This document shows, piece after piece, positions 13,335 through 25,829 of a stretch of 64,000 nt of DNA. Origin of the DNA: Ginglymostoma cirratum (taxonomy: Eukaryota); NCBI GenBank assembly GCA_024137785.1, contig JAHRHZ010000144.1, positions 47,962,537 through 48,026,536 on the forward strand, in the 5' to 3' direction. The stretch's first letter is position 1, and each line of letters opens with the position of its first letter. The notes under the pieces are model-generated. The model saw only the letters and a list, made by a program, of their open reading frames with translations. It had not been told where the DNA came from and did not search any database. A program made the position numbers and the translations under genes.

Positions 13335-13590
13335 TCTTTTATCATGCAGGCAATTTTGGTTTCATTTCTCATATCTTTCCTCTCATGAGAATGTACCTGG
13401 ACTGTATCTAAACTGCCCTGTCTTTAAAGGCAGCTGACTGTAAAATGATGGTTTTTCCTGCCAATCTTTGTTTCAAATTTATCTGGGCCAGATTCCTTCT
13501 CACTGCATTGAAATTGGTCTTTTCCGAATTCATTGCTTTTACTCTGAATTGTACTTTATCCAGCTCAATGGCTAACCTATATGTGTTGAT
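13335..13590 (-). mobile_element. CR1 ORF2 fragment (upstream continuation of 8750-10570)
   Basis: Post-endonuclease region (ggaaaagaccaatttcaatg...), colinear with the left-hand piece. Confidence 0.55.
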
Positions 13591-14044
13591 ATTGAAACTT
13601 TTCTAATCTGGAATGCTTTGAACCAAGTCACTTCTGGACTTTGTAATTTCCTAGATCATAAAATGACGGTAGGATGTGCAACCACATGTGTGTGAACTGG
13701 AAAACACGCTGACAAAAATATTACCCTAAATATCTTCTATTCCCATTGCATTGTATCTTCCATGTTTCCACTTTCAAAGTACTATATTAAAATGATGTCT
13801 ATGACATTGAGGAAATTCTTGTTTCTTCTTAAAGATTTCTGTCAATTGCTATTACCAATCAATAGATTTCCAGACTAGACAGGTTACAGTGTGCAATGTT
13901 CACAGTTACCTAAACGTGCCTTTAATGATACTTGATCCAGTTGACCCATCTCAGTCCTCAGAACCATATGCAATAATGCCACCTTTGTTGTTGTTAGACT
14001 GAAATCAAACTGATGTAGCAAATTTTTCTGGCCACACTTCAATT

Positions 14045-14212
14045 ACCACTGGGTCACATCCTGGAATTCCCTCCCTAACAGCACTATGGGTACAGTTACA
14101 TAACTACAGCAGTTCGAGAAGTTAGCTTATACTCATTTTCTCTAGGGTAATTATCAGTAGGTAATAAACAGTGGACTTGCCAGTGACACTCATTTCCAAG
14201 AATGAATGAAAC
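14045..14212 (+). mobile_element. CR1-clade LINE 3' end
   Basis: ctggaattccctccctaacagcact...gcagttcgagaag...aataaa...ttgccagtgacac...(gaat)n tail. Confidence 0.7.
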
Positions 14213-14499
14213 ACCCACATTAAACTTAATAGATCAGTACAAGTTCACATAGGAATCTCCAGTCCTGTCACAAATGCAGCATTTTACTACAATGGAGCTA
14301 ATTCCTGAAGGAAGGCGTCCCTTGCAACAGACAGTCATGTTTATTGTCTCTGTAATTCCTCTGACAATGCTGACGTCACTTGTAGAGCATTTCACACCTT
14401 GGGTAAGCTCACCCACCAATGCCTTCTGTACAGCTCCATAAAAGAATGCAGATTAATGAATTGCTTCACATTGGGATAGCTGCTTTTTTTCTAATGTTT

Positions 14500-14612
14500 T
14501 TTTTCTAATTCATTGGTGGGATGTGGGCATCACTCACTGGCCAGCATTTCATGTCCCTAGATGTCCTTGAGAACGTGGTGATGAACTACCTTCTTGAACT
14601 GCAGCAGTCCAC
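14500..14612 (-). mobile_element. CR1-clade LINE 3' end
   Basis: Reverse-complement homologue of 14045-14212. Confidence 0.65.
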
Positions 14613-15147
14613 AAGTTGAGTCCGGTGAGTTAGCAATGTTTCAGACCCTCTCGCCGACAATGTCATATCCCACAATGTGCTCTACATCCAAGCTGCTGCC
14701 ACATAGACTGAAGTCAAACACAAAACTTCCAACATATTATTAGTTATTTGATCTCCTGAATGGACTTTTTCAAAATTAAGGGAAATGCTTGTGCCAATTA
14801 TTCATTTACTGTCAAACTTTAAGAGATATTACTTGAATTTTTAAGAGTTTATTTCATAAATTAAGTACTCACTTAGTGAGGATTAACTGATTTGAATATT
14901 TCATTTACAAAACTGTTCCATACAAATTCCATTTTTCTGTTCAATTGACAGCAAAGCTGTATTCATCACATCACATTGCTCAGAGTAGATTTTTAAATTG
15001 TATTTTTGATTCTTCTCCAATGTGAGTAGTAAAGGCATAAGTCAAGTACGCAGTGATAATATCACACGACATGACATTAAAATATGGACTTTATGTAAGT
15101 CAATGCCTTTACAGAATATGCTGTGGAAGCAGGCAAAGAGCATTTAT

Positions 15148-15493
15148 AGAATTATAGAATCCTTACAGTGCGGAAGCAGGCCATTTGGCCCATGAAGTCC
15201 ACATTAACCCTCTGAAGAGCATCCTACCCAGACCCAACCCTCTACATTATCCCTGTAACCCTGGATTCCCCATGGTTAGTCCATCTAGCCTGCACATTCC
15301 TGGACACTATGGGCAATTTAGCTTGGCCAATCTACATAACCTGCACATCGTTGGACTCTAAGCACTTAGAGAAAACCCACGCAAACACGAGGAGAATGTA
15401 CAAACTCTACATAGACAGTCGCCCAACACTGAAATCGAACTCAGGCCCCTGGCACTGTAAGACAGTGTTAACCACAGAGCTACTGTGCCACCC
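15148..15493 (-). mobile_element. HE1-type V-SINE
   Basis: Homologous to 1207-1545 and 9128-9472. Confidence 0.88.
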
Positions 15494-15799
15494 GTTATGG
15501 CTGACCAGGTGATCGAAAGTGTTCATGCTCTTTGCAGAAGTTATATATTAACTTAATTATACTGAAAGAAGTGCTTCTGATAGTGCTTTAAAATTATGGA
15601 TGAATTCTGCACTGAGAAATGTGACTGGAGACTGCATTCTCTCTCATTTTACCACTGCACTGGTCACAACATAAGTTTAAATGATTTACCTTGTAACTGA
15701 TATGGCCAATTATACACTTTATCTATATTAGGTTTAGTGTTGAAAAAACAATTAGGCTCTTTTAATACACAACCAAATTATTGATTTATTGCAAAAACA

Positions 15800-16335
15800 G
15801 GACTTAATCGGCAAAGATGTAAAACTAATGAGAGACGGGGAAAACTTCCAAAACTCCAGAAAAGCATGCTGAACCTGCTCCTGCCACACACGATGGGGAG
15901 AGGCGGGGTTAATGTCACGGAGGATCTCCAGGAAGTGAACAGCCCGCAAGCCTTGCTCTTTTCCTCGGAGGCCTCTGGGATAATCTTGCAGTATAGGGTT
16001 CGCACTGTGGTGCAGGATGAAATGTGCTTGTGTTTCTTCTTCCAGAAGTTTTATTCTTTTCTAAAGACTCAATGGTCTTGGTCAGCTCATCCAGAGATAA
16101 TGGCTGGTCCAGCCTCTCCCCACGTGCTGTTATCCAAGACCTCTGTGATAAGGACAGGAACGACTGGGAGGTCACGCTGTCTGTGGGCTTTGTGTCATAC
16201 ACTCTGCCATAAAAGGATTGGCTGATCCTCAGGACGTCAGATTGAGATGACATTGCTGAGCCGTCTTCTTCATTCAAGCTGCTACCACAGAGCTCTCCTT
16301 GTACAGCCCCTGGAAGAAGAAACAAAAGCACACCA
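15800..16335. mobile_element. Tx1/L1-clade LINE ORF2 fragment with an internal inversion
   Basis: Plus strand gives EASGIILQYRVRTVVQDEMCLCFFFQK. Minus strand continues SSQSDVLRISQSFY..YD.KPTD...RLDQPLSLDELTK.IESLEKNKTSG, the linker region before the RT. Confidence 0.75.
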
Positions 16336-17419
16336 GAGAAGGAGGAGATTTTTCACTTCACAGACATTGACACCAATTGAAGAGATTGGCGTCAATGTTA
16401 TTGGCAGAGAGAAAACACATACCTTTATACATGGTCAGGCAAGAGGCCAAACAGGGCAGGGTGTTTGGGCACCATCAATATCCTTTTTTCTACCTAACTC
16501 TCTCAATTGCACACTCCCACAGTCAGACAGATGAAAACTAAATTCATTGTGCTGCAGCCACAATGGTTTTCCATTATTGCTTTTATGTAAGTTCATCAGA
16601 CAACTTGAGCATTGCAGTAACACAGGTTGAGGAGGAAAACCTGCTGAAGATAAAACTCACTTACCCTTACCCTACTAATAACCATTTAACAATCAGTACT
16701 CTGCATGGTTTGGAGACTGAGTTAGAGGGGTCTCCATGTTTCACTGTACAGAAACGAACAGGAGCAAGTGAGACCAAAACAGATTATCACTGGATAAGTT
16801 GACAAAGAGGTGGTGACTTTAAAGGTTGATGTTTTAAAAGATCGATGCTTTCTATACATCAGCAACTGCTGGGACACCTTCAACTGCTTTTTAATGAGCC
16901 TCGAAAAATATGTTGCATTATCAATTAGTCCAATAGTTCAGTATCAATTTGTGTGATATACTGGCCCATGGTCAGTTAAACACCCCATCTCTCAAACACA
17001 TTGACGCACAAAGTGTAGAATATGTTGAGCCCTTCTCATACGTTGGCAGCCACCTCCCTCAAAAGATGACAAATCTAGAAGTCAACTGTCTTTTGAAGTC
17101 AGCTCTATAAGCATTCAGGCAAAACTCCTGCAAAAGTAATTACAATGGATAAGACACCATTTCTGGATGGCAGAAAAATATCTCTTCAGACAGCAGCCAT
17201 TTTCTCAATTATCAAAAAGTCAACATTCCACAGTAGTTACAAAGACACACTCAAGCCTTCCTTACAGTATGGCAAGATTCGCATTAATAAATAATATTAA
17301 GGAGCTTGCTGATAATTGCTCAAAATAGCAACAGTTTATAGTTTATAAAGCTGTACTATTATTCAAGTCTAAATGTCTTAATGATGAGTCAGATCAGCAA
17401 CAAAGAAGGGAAAATTACA

Positions 17420-19030
17420 TTACCCTTGGGGCATCCTGTCCAATGTGCCCAAAGATCTGTCAGTCGAGAATTGACCTGTTTACTCACATAAAGCCCCACA
17501 GCTGAAACCGACAGCCCTGGTTAGATGTCTTCGCCAAATCCAGGGAGAGCCATGACTGGTATATGGCATTGATACTCTCTAGTGAACCATGGAGTGTGTG
17601 GTCAGCTCAAAAAAACATTGCAGCTGGGTTCTCCTGGCAGAAAACTGTGATACCAGTGATGCCATCTCCAGACGAGGCTTATACTAGGTAATGGATTTCA
17701 CCATCTCTTCTAACGCAACCAGGACACCAAACGATGAAAGTTATAATTGAACTACAGATGTTCTACAAATTGGCTGTCCTGCACACCTGTAGAAGTGCTG
17801 AGCTGTAGTGTAACAGCAAATGTAATCATAAAATGGGAAAGGAACATGCTGTTATCTCAAGATTGACTGAGACTCTGGGATGCTGGAAACCCCTCAATCC
17901 AATGCTCACTTTGGTGTTGGAAAGAAAACTCAATCGAACCATTCATGCTGATATTGTCTGCAACCAAACTTTCTCAGGCTCGGGCTCCTAATGATTCTCA
18001 AGCTTGAGCATATCTCCGGCCTTTAACTGCCTCCCACCTTCGATACTTGGAACAGTCATTAGGCAAGTTTCTAAGAGGAACATTGAAATAGTAAATGAAC
18101 ACTGAAGGCAGCCATTGGATAGGCACAGCAGAGTGATCATTAGTTCATAGTCATTTCAAAAGCAAATAAAGTAATAAACATTTTTGAATCTTTTCACCTT
18201 CTGGTGATATGACAATCTGAAGAATTGTAAGGGTTAGAAGAGAGATGCTACATTAAGCCAAATCTTGACTTCTTGAACATTGTTCATTCAAACAAACACT
18301 GTCAATACAGAGCTGCCCTATATGGATCCTGACATTTGACCCAGGTATGGCAGACCGGGAGGAATGGGCACCCCGCTTTATTGGTAGGAACCTGAAGGTC
18401 TTCATTGGATGAGGTGCACCAAACAGAGCACTCAGCCTTTTCACAGGATCAGTCCTGGAGGCTACAACACCAGCCCATGCCAGATGGGTCCAAGTTTGTC
18501 ACTCAGGTTAAAACAATCTGAGCTATCTGGAAGAATTCCCAGCATTGTAGGAAGAACATCGATATCCTTCCCTACTCCTTTACGATATGTTCTATCATCT
18601 TTACTCTGATTCCTCACACTCAATCTTTCTCTGCTTCCGTACTCACCTTCTACCAAGGCCCATGCTGTACCACTCTCGCTACTGTATGCAACAACTTCCC
18701 TACTCACTCTCACCCACTTCAAACTCCTAGCAATACTGATCCTGTATGCTGCCTGTGCTGCTTATTCACTTGCTCAAGAATTCTCCTCATCTGTACCAAA
18801 AGTAATAGCTGTGCCACTCTCCATCATCTCCTGTAATACTGTCTGTCTCTTATTCCATGGGGAAATAGCCCAAAATAGGGCAGAGATACTCTAGACAAGT
18901 GCCAATCTGCCCAACATTTGGCTCCTTATCCATTATGAGAAGATCCATGCTCTGACCTCCCTGAGCAGTACCAGAATCTGCCATTGACTTACAGTGCCAG
19001 GAACCCCTGACCAAAGGTTTTCACCCGTCA
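17420..19030. mobile_element. Heavily decayed Harbinger-like remnant
   Basis: Plus strand LILGNGF..TPNDESYN resembles the LLGDxGY..P..E.RYN motif of DDE_Tnp_4. Minus strand LVLLREVRA (about 18950) resembles the Myb/SANT start. Confidence 0.35.
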
Positions 19031-19070
19031 CTGAGATCTGCTAACAACTATGACAAGCTTCCCGGCTTTG

Positions 19071-19317
19071 CAAAAACCGGAAGAACTACGGACGCTGAAA
19101 ATCAGGAACAAAAAACAGGAGTTGCTGGAAGCTCAGCAGGTCTGGCAACATCTGTGAAGAAAAAAATCAGAGTTAACATTTCGGTTCCGGTGACCCTTCC
19201 TCAGATCCGTCAGATCACCGGACTCGAAATGTTACCGGACCCGAAATGTTAACTCTGATATTTTTCTTCACAGATGTTGCCAGACCTGCTGAGCTTCCAG
19301 CAACTTCAGTTTTTTTC
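19071..19317. mobile_element. Penelope-like inverted-repeat insertion (family B) with hammerhead motif
   Basis: Inverted arms at about 19120-19191 and 19234-19305. Minus strand ctgagga-agggtcaccggaacc-gaaa-tg-tt-aac. TSD cttcc(c/t)ggctttg at 19058-19070 and 19318-19330. Confidence 0.75.
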
Positions 19318-20657
19318 CTTCCTGGCTTTGTGTCTACAATAAATGGAATGGCAAGGCAGCACTAATATGAGCCTGGTAGCTGGCTGGGGAGGAAAAGTGC
19401 GAAAAGGCAAGTCAATGCGATGGGTTTCGAGTCATTGTGCACTATGATAGCAAACAAGGAGCTCCGATATGCAGTCTGGCCCAGCCAACGAGCTGGGTGA
19501 TTGTTCGCTGAATACAAAGCGTCCTTGCTGCAGCATTACGGAGATAGCTGCCGGTGAAGACCGAAGTGGAGCATTCAAGTGCAGAACTGCCCTATCAGTT
19601 GTAATATGCCATGAGTGTCACATTTCGGGTACATTGTTGGTGGACGTGGGCTATGTGTGGCCGATGTTTACGGAACATGCCCTTAGATCTTGGTTCCCAC
19701 TTTCCACCAAGGTCATTTGGAACAAGTGGCCAGATCCAATTGCCAGACACCTGCTCTGACATCCATGTCGAGTTTTCCTGATGTCTACCTTGCCTGGCAA
19801 ATTTGACAAAATGTGAGGTTGAATATTAATGAAGTGAGTTGTCTGTTAACAAGACACTTAACAAGTGCTCATCCTAGACACTTGGCATCTTGCTGCTGCC
19901 CAGTGAGAATCTCACCACGCCGCATGTGAAAAAATAACACCAGTTACTTCCAACATTAGGATAGGCCTTATTGCGCATGTCACCTGGTTCTGCCACAAAT
20001 CTCGGCACAGTCCCACCACTCAGACCCGATAACATTTGGCAAGTTCCTAATTTCTAGTTCCTTTCAGTCTGAGTTGTTTTCAAACACAAGCAGCATTCTT
20101 GCAAATACTGGAGGTGACTGCATCTGTTCATTGATGTTAGTGAAAATGTTAAACTGAGTATAAAGTAAGATTTAATTTATGCAAATTAATATTTTCACTA
20201 ACATTACAATTTAGAGAATTATCTCCAGACCCTCTCCAACTCCCTCTCTTACTGATTCAAAATGGGCCTGAAGCCCTTTTGTATATGATTCATAAAGCAA
20301 CCCAGAGGAAAAAGAACCCGAGGTAAGTATATTAACTAACAGTTCCATTATTCGGATTTTAACGAAGAAACTCTGCTGCGGGAAGGTTTAAATTAATAAA
20401 TTAGTGTTACCTGACAAAAATTTGCAGTTTTTGGCTAACATATTTGATGACTAAAGTGCATAATCTTTAATATAATTCAGTGCAGTATAAAGCAAAATAC
20501 TTGCATAAGACTTGCAAATGGCAAGAGACTATAATTATAAAGCACGGTCGACCAGATTTTTGAAAATGACCAACTTAAGATACAGCATGAGATATAAATA
20601 TCGTCAGTTGCCAAATGTGTCAGATAATGCCAGAGATAAGTACGCAAAATTACTACT

Positions 20658-21480
20658 TAGAGTCAAAGAGTCATACAGCATAGAAACAGACCCTTCAAAC
20701 CAACCAGTCCATGGACCATGTTTCCAAACTAGTTCCACCTGCCTGCACTTGTCCCATATCCCTCCAAACATTTCCTATTCATGAACTTATCCAAATGTAT
20801 TTTAAACATGGTAACTGTACCTGCATGAATCACATTCTCTGGCAGCTCATTTCACACACAAACCACTCTCTCTAAAAAAGTTACCCCCATGTCCTTTTTA
20901 AAAGTTTCTTCCCTCACCCTAAAAATATGCCCCATAGTTTTGACCTCCCTCATGGTCAGGAAAAAACTCTTGTCATTCACCTTATCTATGTCCCTCATGA
21001 CTTTACAAATCTCTATAAGATCACCCCTCAACCTCCTACACACCAGTGAAAAATGTCCCAGCCTATCCAACCTATTTTATAACTCAAACCCTCCATTCCT
21101 GGCAACATACTGGTAAATCTTTTCTGAGCCCTTTCCAAATTAATAATATCTTTCCAATAGCAGGGCAACTAGAACTGCACACAGTTCTCCAGAAGAGGCC
21201 TCACCAATGTCTGAAACAACCTTATCATGAAGTCCCAACTCCTATCATTGTCTGAGCAATGACGACAAGCATTCTAAATACCTTCTTAACCACTCTGTCT
21301 ACCTGTGATGCAAATTGCAAAGAACTATGTATCTGAACCCCTAGATCTCTCTGTTCTACGACTCTACCTAGGTCACTACCATTAACTGTGTAAGTCCTGT
21401 CCTTGTTTGTAGTTCCAAAATACAGTACCTCACATTTATCCAAATCAACCTCCATCTGCCACTCGTCGGCCCATTGACTC
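20658..21480 (-). mobile_element. HER1/CR1 LINE 3' end
   Basis: ORFs give WADEWQME...DKCEVLYFG and RRLRGDLIE.CK.MR; (gactct) tail at 20660. Confidence 0.9.
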
Positions 21481-23564
21481 AAAGATATATAAAAAGACAG
21501 CATTGCGGTATTTTCTCTTCCTGCAGCAATGACAAACTCAGTAACCTTATGTAGATATCAGGGATGACAGCTGAGAAATACAGCAAAACAAACAAGGATT
21601 CCAATTCTTTCACTCTGGTTTTTGACTTCCCTAAGCTGAGATGATGGGATTGTCTGCAGGAAGACCTGAGTGAAGGAGTGTCAATTTGGTAGAGATCTGC
21701 AGGAGCTGTCATAGTTTATGGAGGTTGTGTGAGAGTGGGGATGAATTTTCATTGAAGCCACACAAAGTCTCCACCATAACTTGACATGAAGTATAGTGGA
21801 AACTCCATTTATACCCATTAGCTGATTTTTTTCCAGCTTATGTTCAGCAAACCAAAGCACTAGTTTTAGGGTTCGCAGAACCTAATTGCCCCAATGCCAC
21901 CAGCAGTGTTGCCTTTAAGCTGCATAAGTGTGTGGCCATGCACTAGCCTAGAATGTACAATGAAAGGAACAAACAGGTAACAAGTAACATTCCCCTTAAG
22001 ATGTATACAGGGTTGTGGAGGAGTATAAAAGAACAGTCCATTAATCAAATTACACATAGCAAACAGAATAAAGGAAATACTGATCCCAGTTAATGTAACA
22101 CTGTTCCCATTAGCTGGAGTGCCTAAGTTATGAAATGTCATTCATTTACTTTGCTTTTGATAATATTTCTTTCAAACCTATTGGAACATAATTTGTCAAT
22201 GTTCCATCCATCCAATTGCTGTGACTTTTCTAGAAGTGCTCCAGAAACTCTGTTTAACTTGGCCAATGATTTTTAAGTAGAAGAAAGCTCTGCACTTCCA
22301 TTGTCCCTCATTTGTTGTTCTCAACCTGTCCACAGTGTGAATCCCAATTAATCAAATTATTTCTTTTGCGTCTCTAATATCAAGATGAAAATATCTAACC
22401 TTAACAAATCCTAACGCATCACAATGATTCAAGGAAACACTATTAGTTATTCTTGAAATTCAGAACTGGTTTCAGATTAATTATATTATCTTGTTTAAAC
22501 TATTTAACTAATACGAATCATTTAAACTTAAACTTGATTGCTCATGTCTTATTGTGGATAACAGTAAGCATAGCAAAGATGAAAAGGCACATTGTTGCCT
22601 ATTACAGAGAAGAAGAGCTCCTACTTTAATATATATTTATAATAAGTGATTGGGCGTTGGTATATATTGATTTCAAATTTATGTCAATGCCTTCACTTAA
22701 TTTACTAACAAGTATTAAATTGTAAATAACCAAATGATTGAATTAAAATATTTTGGAACCATGTTTTCATTTCTTCATAAATGTCGTGGCCTAATTCCAT
22801 AATATCATCATTTTATAGCTTTTATTCATATTTATCAAGCAATTTTTTTTGTTTGGATAATGTTCATGTCGCTAACATGTGCTGAAAAGTGATCACACAA
22901 AACCAACACATGGGTTTCACATACAGATAGCAGCCATCGAAGCCATTGTGTCCCAAATGTGACAGCTGATGAGAAAACAGAAAAGATGTCTTCAGGCAAC
23001 CAAAATGTGTGGGAAACATGCAACTAAAAATCCCATGAGGTTTTTTTTGATATTCAACCTTTTTGCACAGATTGTATGGTGTGTGTTTTGGGGTTGGGGA
23101 GGAGGATCTGGAAAGCAAGAGAAAAATTGAATTTCTACAGCCTTTATAAGAAAATGTATTTTTATATTACTGTACCTACAAAGGAAAAAAAAGGAAGAAA
23201 AACGGGATGAAGGATCAAAACTAATGGAGCACAACGTTGAGATTGCAAATAACAAAAGCAAATTCAAGATTAATCAAAAACTTGGTCATGCTATGATTGG
23301 TTTTTAATGACCCATTGATTAAAGATGTTTCACAGTTAGGTTTATATGTGGGGCTAGATTTTAGGGGATTGGTGCAAGGGTGGAGGTGAGGGAAAGGAAC
23401 CAACTTTTAAAAGGCCAATCAAGTAGCAACAATAAGTCACACACTTTGTGGATGGAGACAAAATATTCTGTTTCAGCTTTTGGATGGATCTATCTTTACC
23501 AACTCCCTAGGTCATAGTAACTGTGCCTGGTTAAATGTAGCTGTGCTTTTTGCTATCATGCAAT

Positions 23565-23725
23565 AAGACCATAAGATATAGCCAAAGAATTAGGCCATTT
23601 GGCCCATCATGTCTGCTCCACCATTCATTCATGGCTGACATGTTTCTCAACAATATTCTCCTGCCTTTTCTGCATAACTCTTAATCCCCTTACTGATCAA
23701 GAATCTATCTATCTCTGACTTAAAC
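23565..23725 (-). mobile_element. CR1 LINE 3' UTR fragment
   Basis: aagaccataagatatag...ggccatttggcccatc...ccattcattcatggctga tail. Confidence 0.7.
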
Positions 23726-23739
23726 CTCATTGATTTCTA

Positions 23740-24980
23740 AGAACTGTATCTCTTCTGCAGAGACTTTATGGTGGTATGAACTACCAGAAATGACCCTTAC
23801 CTAGTACCATATCCAGGAGAGGTGTCAAATACCTTAAGTCACATACTTTAAGTGCCAGAGGTGGTCATCTTTGAAAATACCACGGTGCTCTGACCACATA
23901 GGACAAACGTAGCAGAAATACAATAGCAAAAAGCATGAGACACAACCATTGTATAACCACAGACTATGGAGCCCACAGACTTTGTGAGGTCTGGCCTACA
24001 GAACCTGAGTGGAATACAGGTGTCAGGAACTGCAAAGGTTCCAGCATGTTCTTAAACACAATTTTGTCAGATATTCTTTCAGTTTGAGCCTCTTTTAAAA
24101 AATGATCAGTCCCAATGGAGATCACAATGCAGTGAAGCAAGCTCTCTACAGAAAGTTTGAGAAGTCTGTCAGCAGCCATCCCTTAGGAAAAATGCAAATC
24201 AGCAACATTCGAGGTACCTGGTAACAAATGTTGAAGAAGGCAGGCCTGAGGAAAACTACCAGAATCAAGGCTACCCAAGTAACTGCGCCAAGTATGCATA
24301 TCTCCAAGTGTTTTCTCTAAATCTGTTACTCTTTTAGTGCAGATTCATCCAAAATATTCACACAACCTGACAGCTTTTTTGAATGATTACCAGACATGGT
24401 TATGTCTCAGTATTACGGAAATAGAAGCTGCAGCTTACAACCAAAGCTGTTGTCACATTCAAATCGTAACGGCATTGACATACTGATGCCATCAATGGTT
24501 CCCTGGAGCTTGATAAATTCACAAGTGCAGAGAAATTGAGCAGCCCTGTTATGTTGTTATTACTGATTAGTGAGAAAGCAGTTGAAGGAGTTGGCCTTGC
24601 ACAACAATATCATCTGTTTGGCACAGCACATTTGCTGCTATTACGGAGGTTTTTTTTACACTAGTCCACGAGGAGCCTATGGAATAATGATTGCAGGGCA
24701 CAGTCACTTTCACCGACATTGCCATTGCCATTTCTATGGCAGAGATTGGCTACATGCCTCATTGAGCAGATCACAGCGCGCTGTTATTACCACCTGCTGA
24801 ACTGGAGAGGCATTGCTTCTTTGTCCTTGATTGATAACTGAGCTGAGGCCTGTAGACATAGCTGATGCCAAATAGGTAGGTACTGCCAATTCCTCCGTAG
24901 GAGTTATCTGACATCTCCACTATCCATTCATGGTTTTTTCTTCAGCCTCATGAAAGGTAGTGAGAAGGGAGAACTGAAAG
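23740..24980 (-). mobile_element. Harbinger (HARBI1-like DDE_Tnp_4) transposase pseudogene
   Basis: Minus strand gives VYRPQLSY...KQCL (about 24850), CDLL, MAMSVKVTVPCNHYSIGS (cf. LPVAVKVTVALNFYATGS), LQGTIDG (first catalytic D, about 24490) and YFRN. Confidence 0.7.
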
Positions 24981-25829
24981 CAACCCAATTGATTAAAGTG
25001 GAACAGCAGCAAAGGAATACTGCAACTTTAAAGGATCCTTTCCTGGCAAAAGAGATCCCAAGTAGCTTTGAATAGCAATTGAATAGGCAAGATCACAAGA
25101 AGTGCATAATAAGGAATATAAATAACATTCACTTTTCATGGATCTCACAACCACACCTAGCATGTGTACATAGTAGGCTGCAAATGTTTATCACTAGTTT
25201 AGACTCATTTTAGCTTTTAAATGTTTGAATAAAAGAAGAACCAGCAGCAAGAAAGATAAATATTAGTTTATTAGAGAGCTATTGCTGTACCTAACCAAGT
25301 AGAGCCATAGAGATTAAAAGTAGGCATGGATAAATGACACTTATAAAGGTGAACATAAAGGAGTTTCTGTTATCATTGCTTATCTGACTTGCCTATAAGT
25401 TGTTATTTTCAAGGCAAAGGGTTTGAAGCCATAAGTCATAATTCAGATGTGATGGCTTCAGTAGTTGAATAGCTAGAGGTTTTTCCCAAAGATGGTCTCA
25501 GCAGAGCAGGTTCTGTGGGGAGTAAAATCTTTATTTTAATATATACAGCAGATTGCAGTCTGTGATAGTCTGGTTTACTGCAATAGTCCTGTAACTGCTT
25601 TACTTTCCTCCCTCTCCCTATAGAGAAGTCACATTCTCTGTTGGTGTCTTTCAAATTTCTTCTTGGAATTTGAGTCAAAATGGTGGCTCACACCTTGTCT
25701 TTTCAAATCAAAGCAAAATAACCACTACGTTAATTTCAAATAGGCCTTGTTCCACCCGGCAAAAAAATTGAATTCTTGGTGGTGTCCCTCCAGTGTAACG
25801 CTTTTCAGAAGTTTTGAATTCTCACACAT

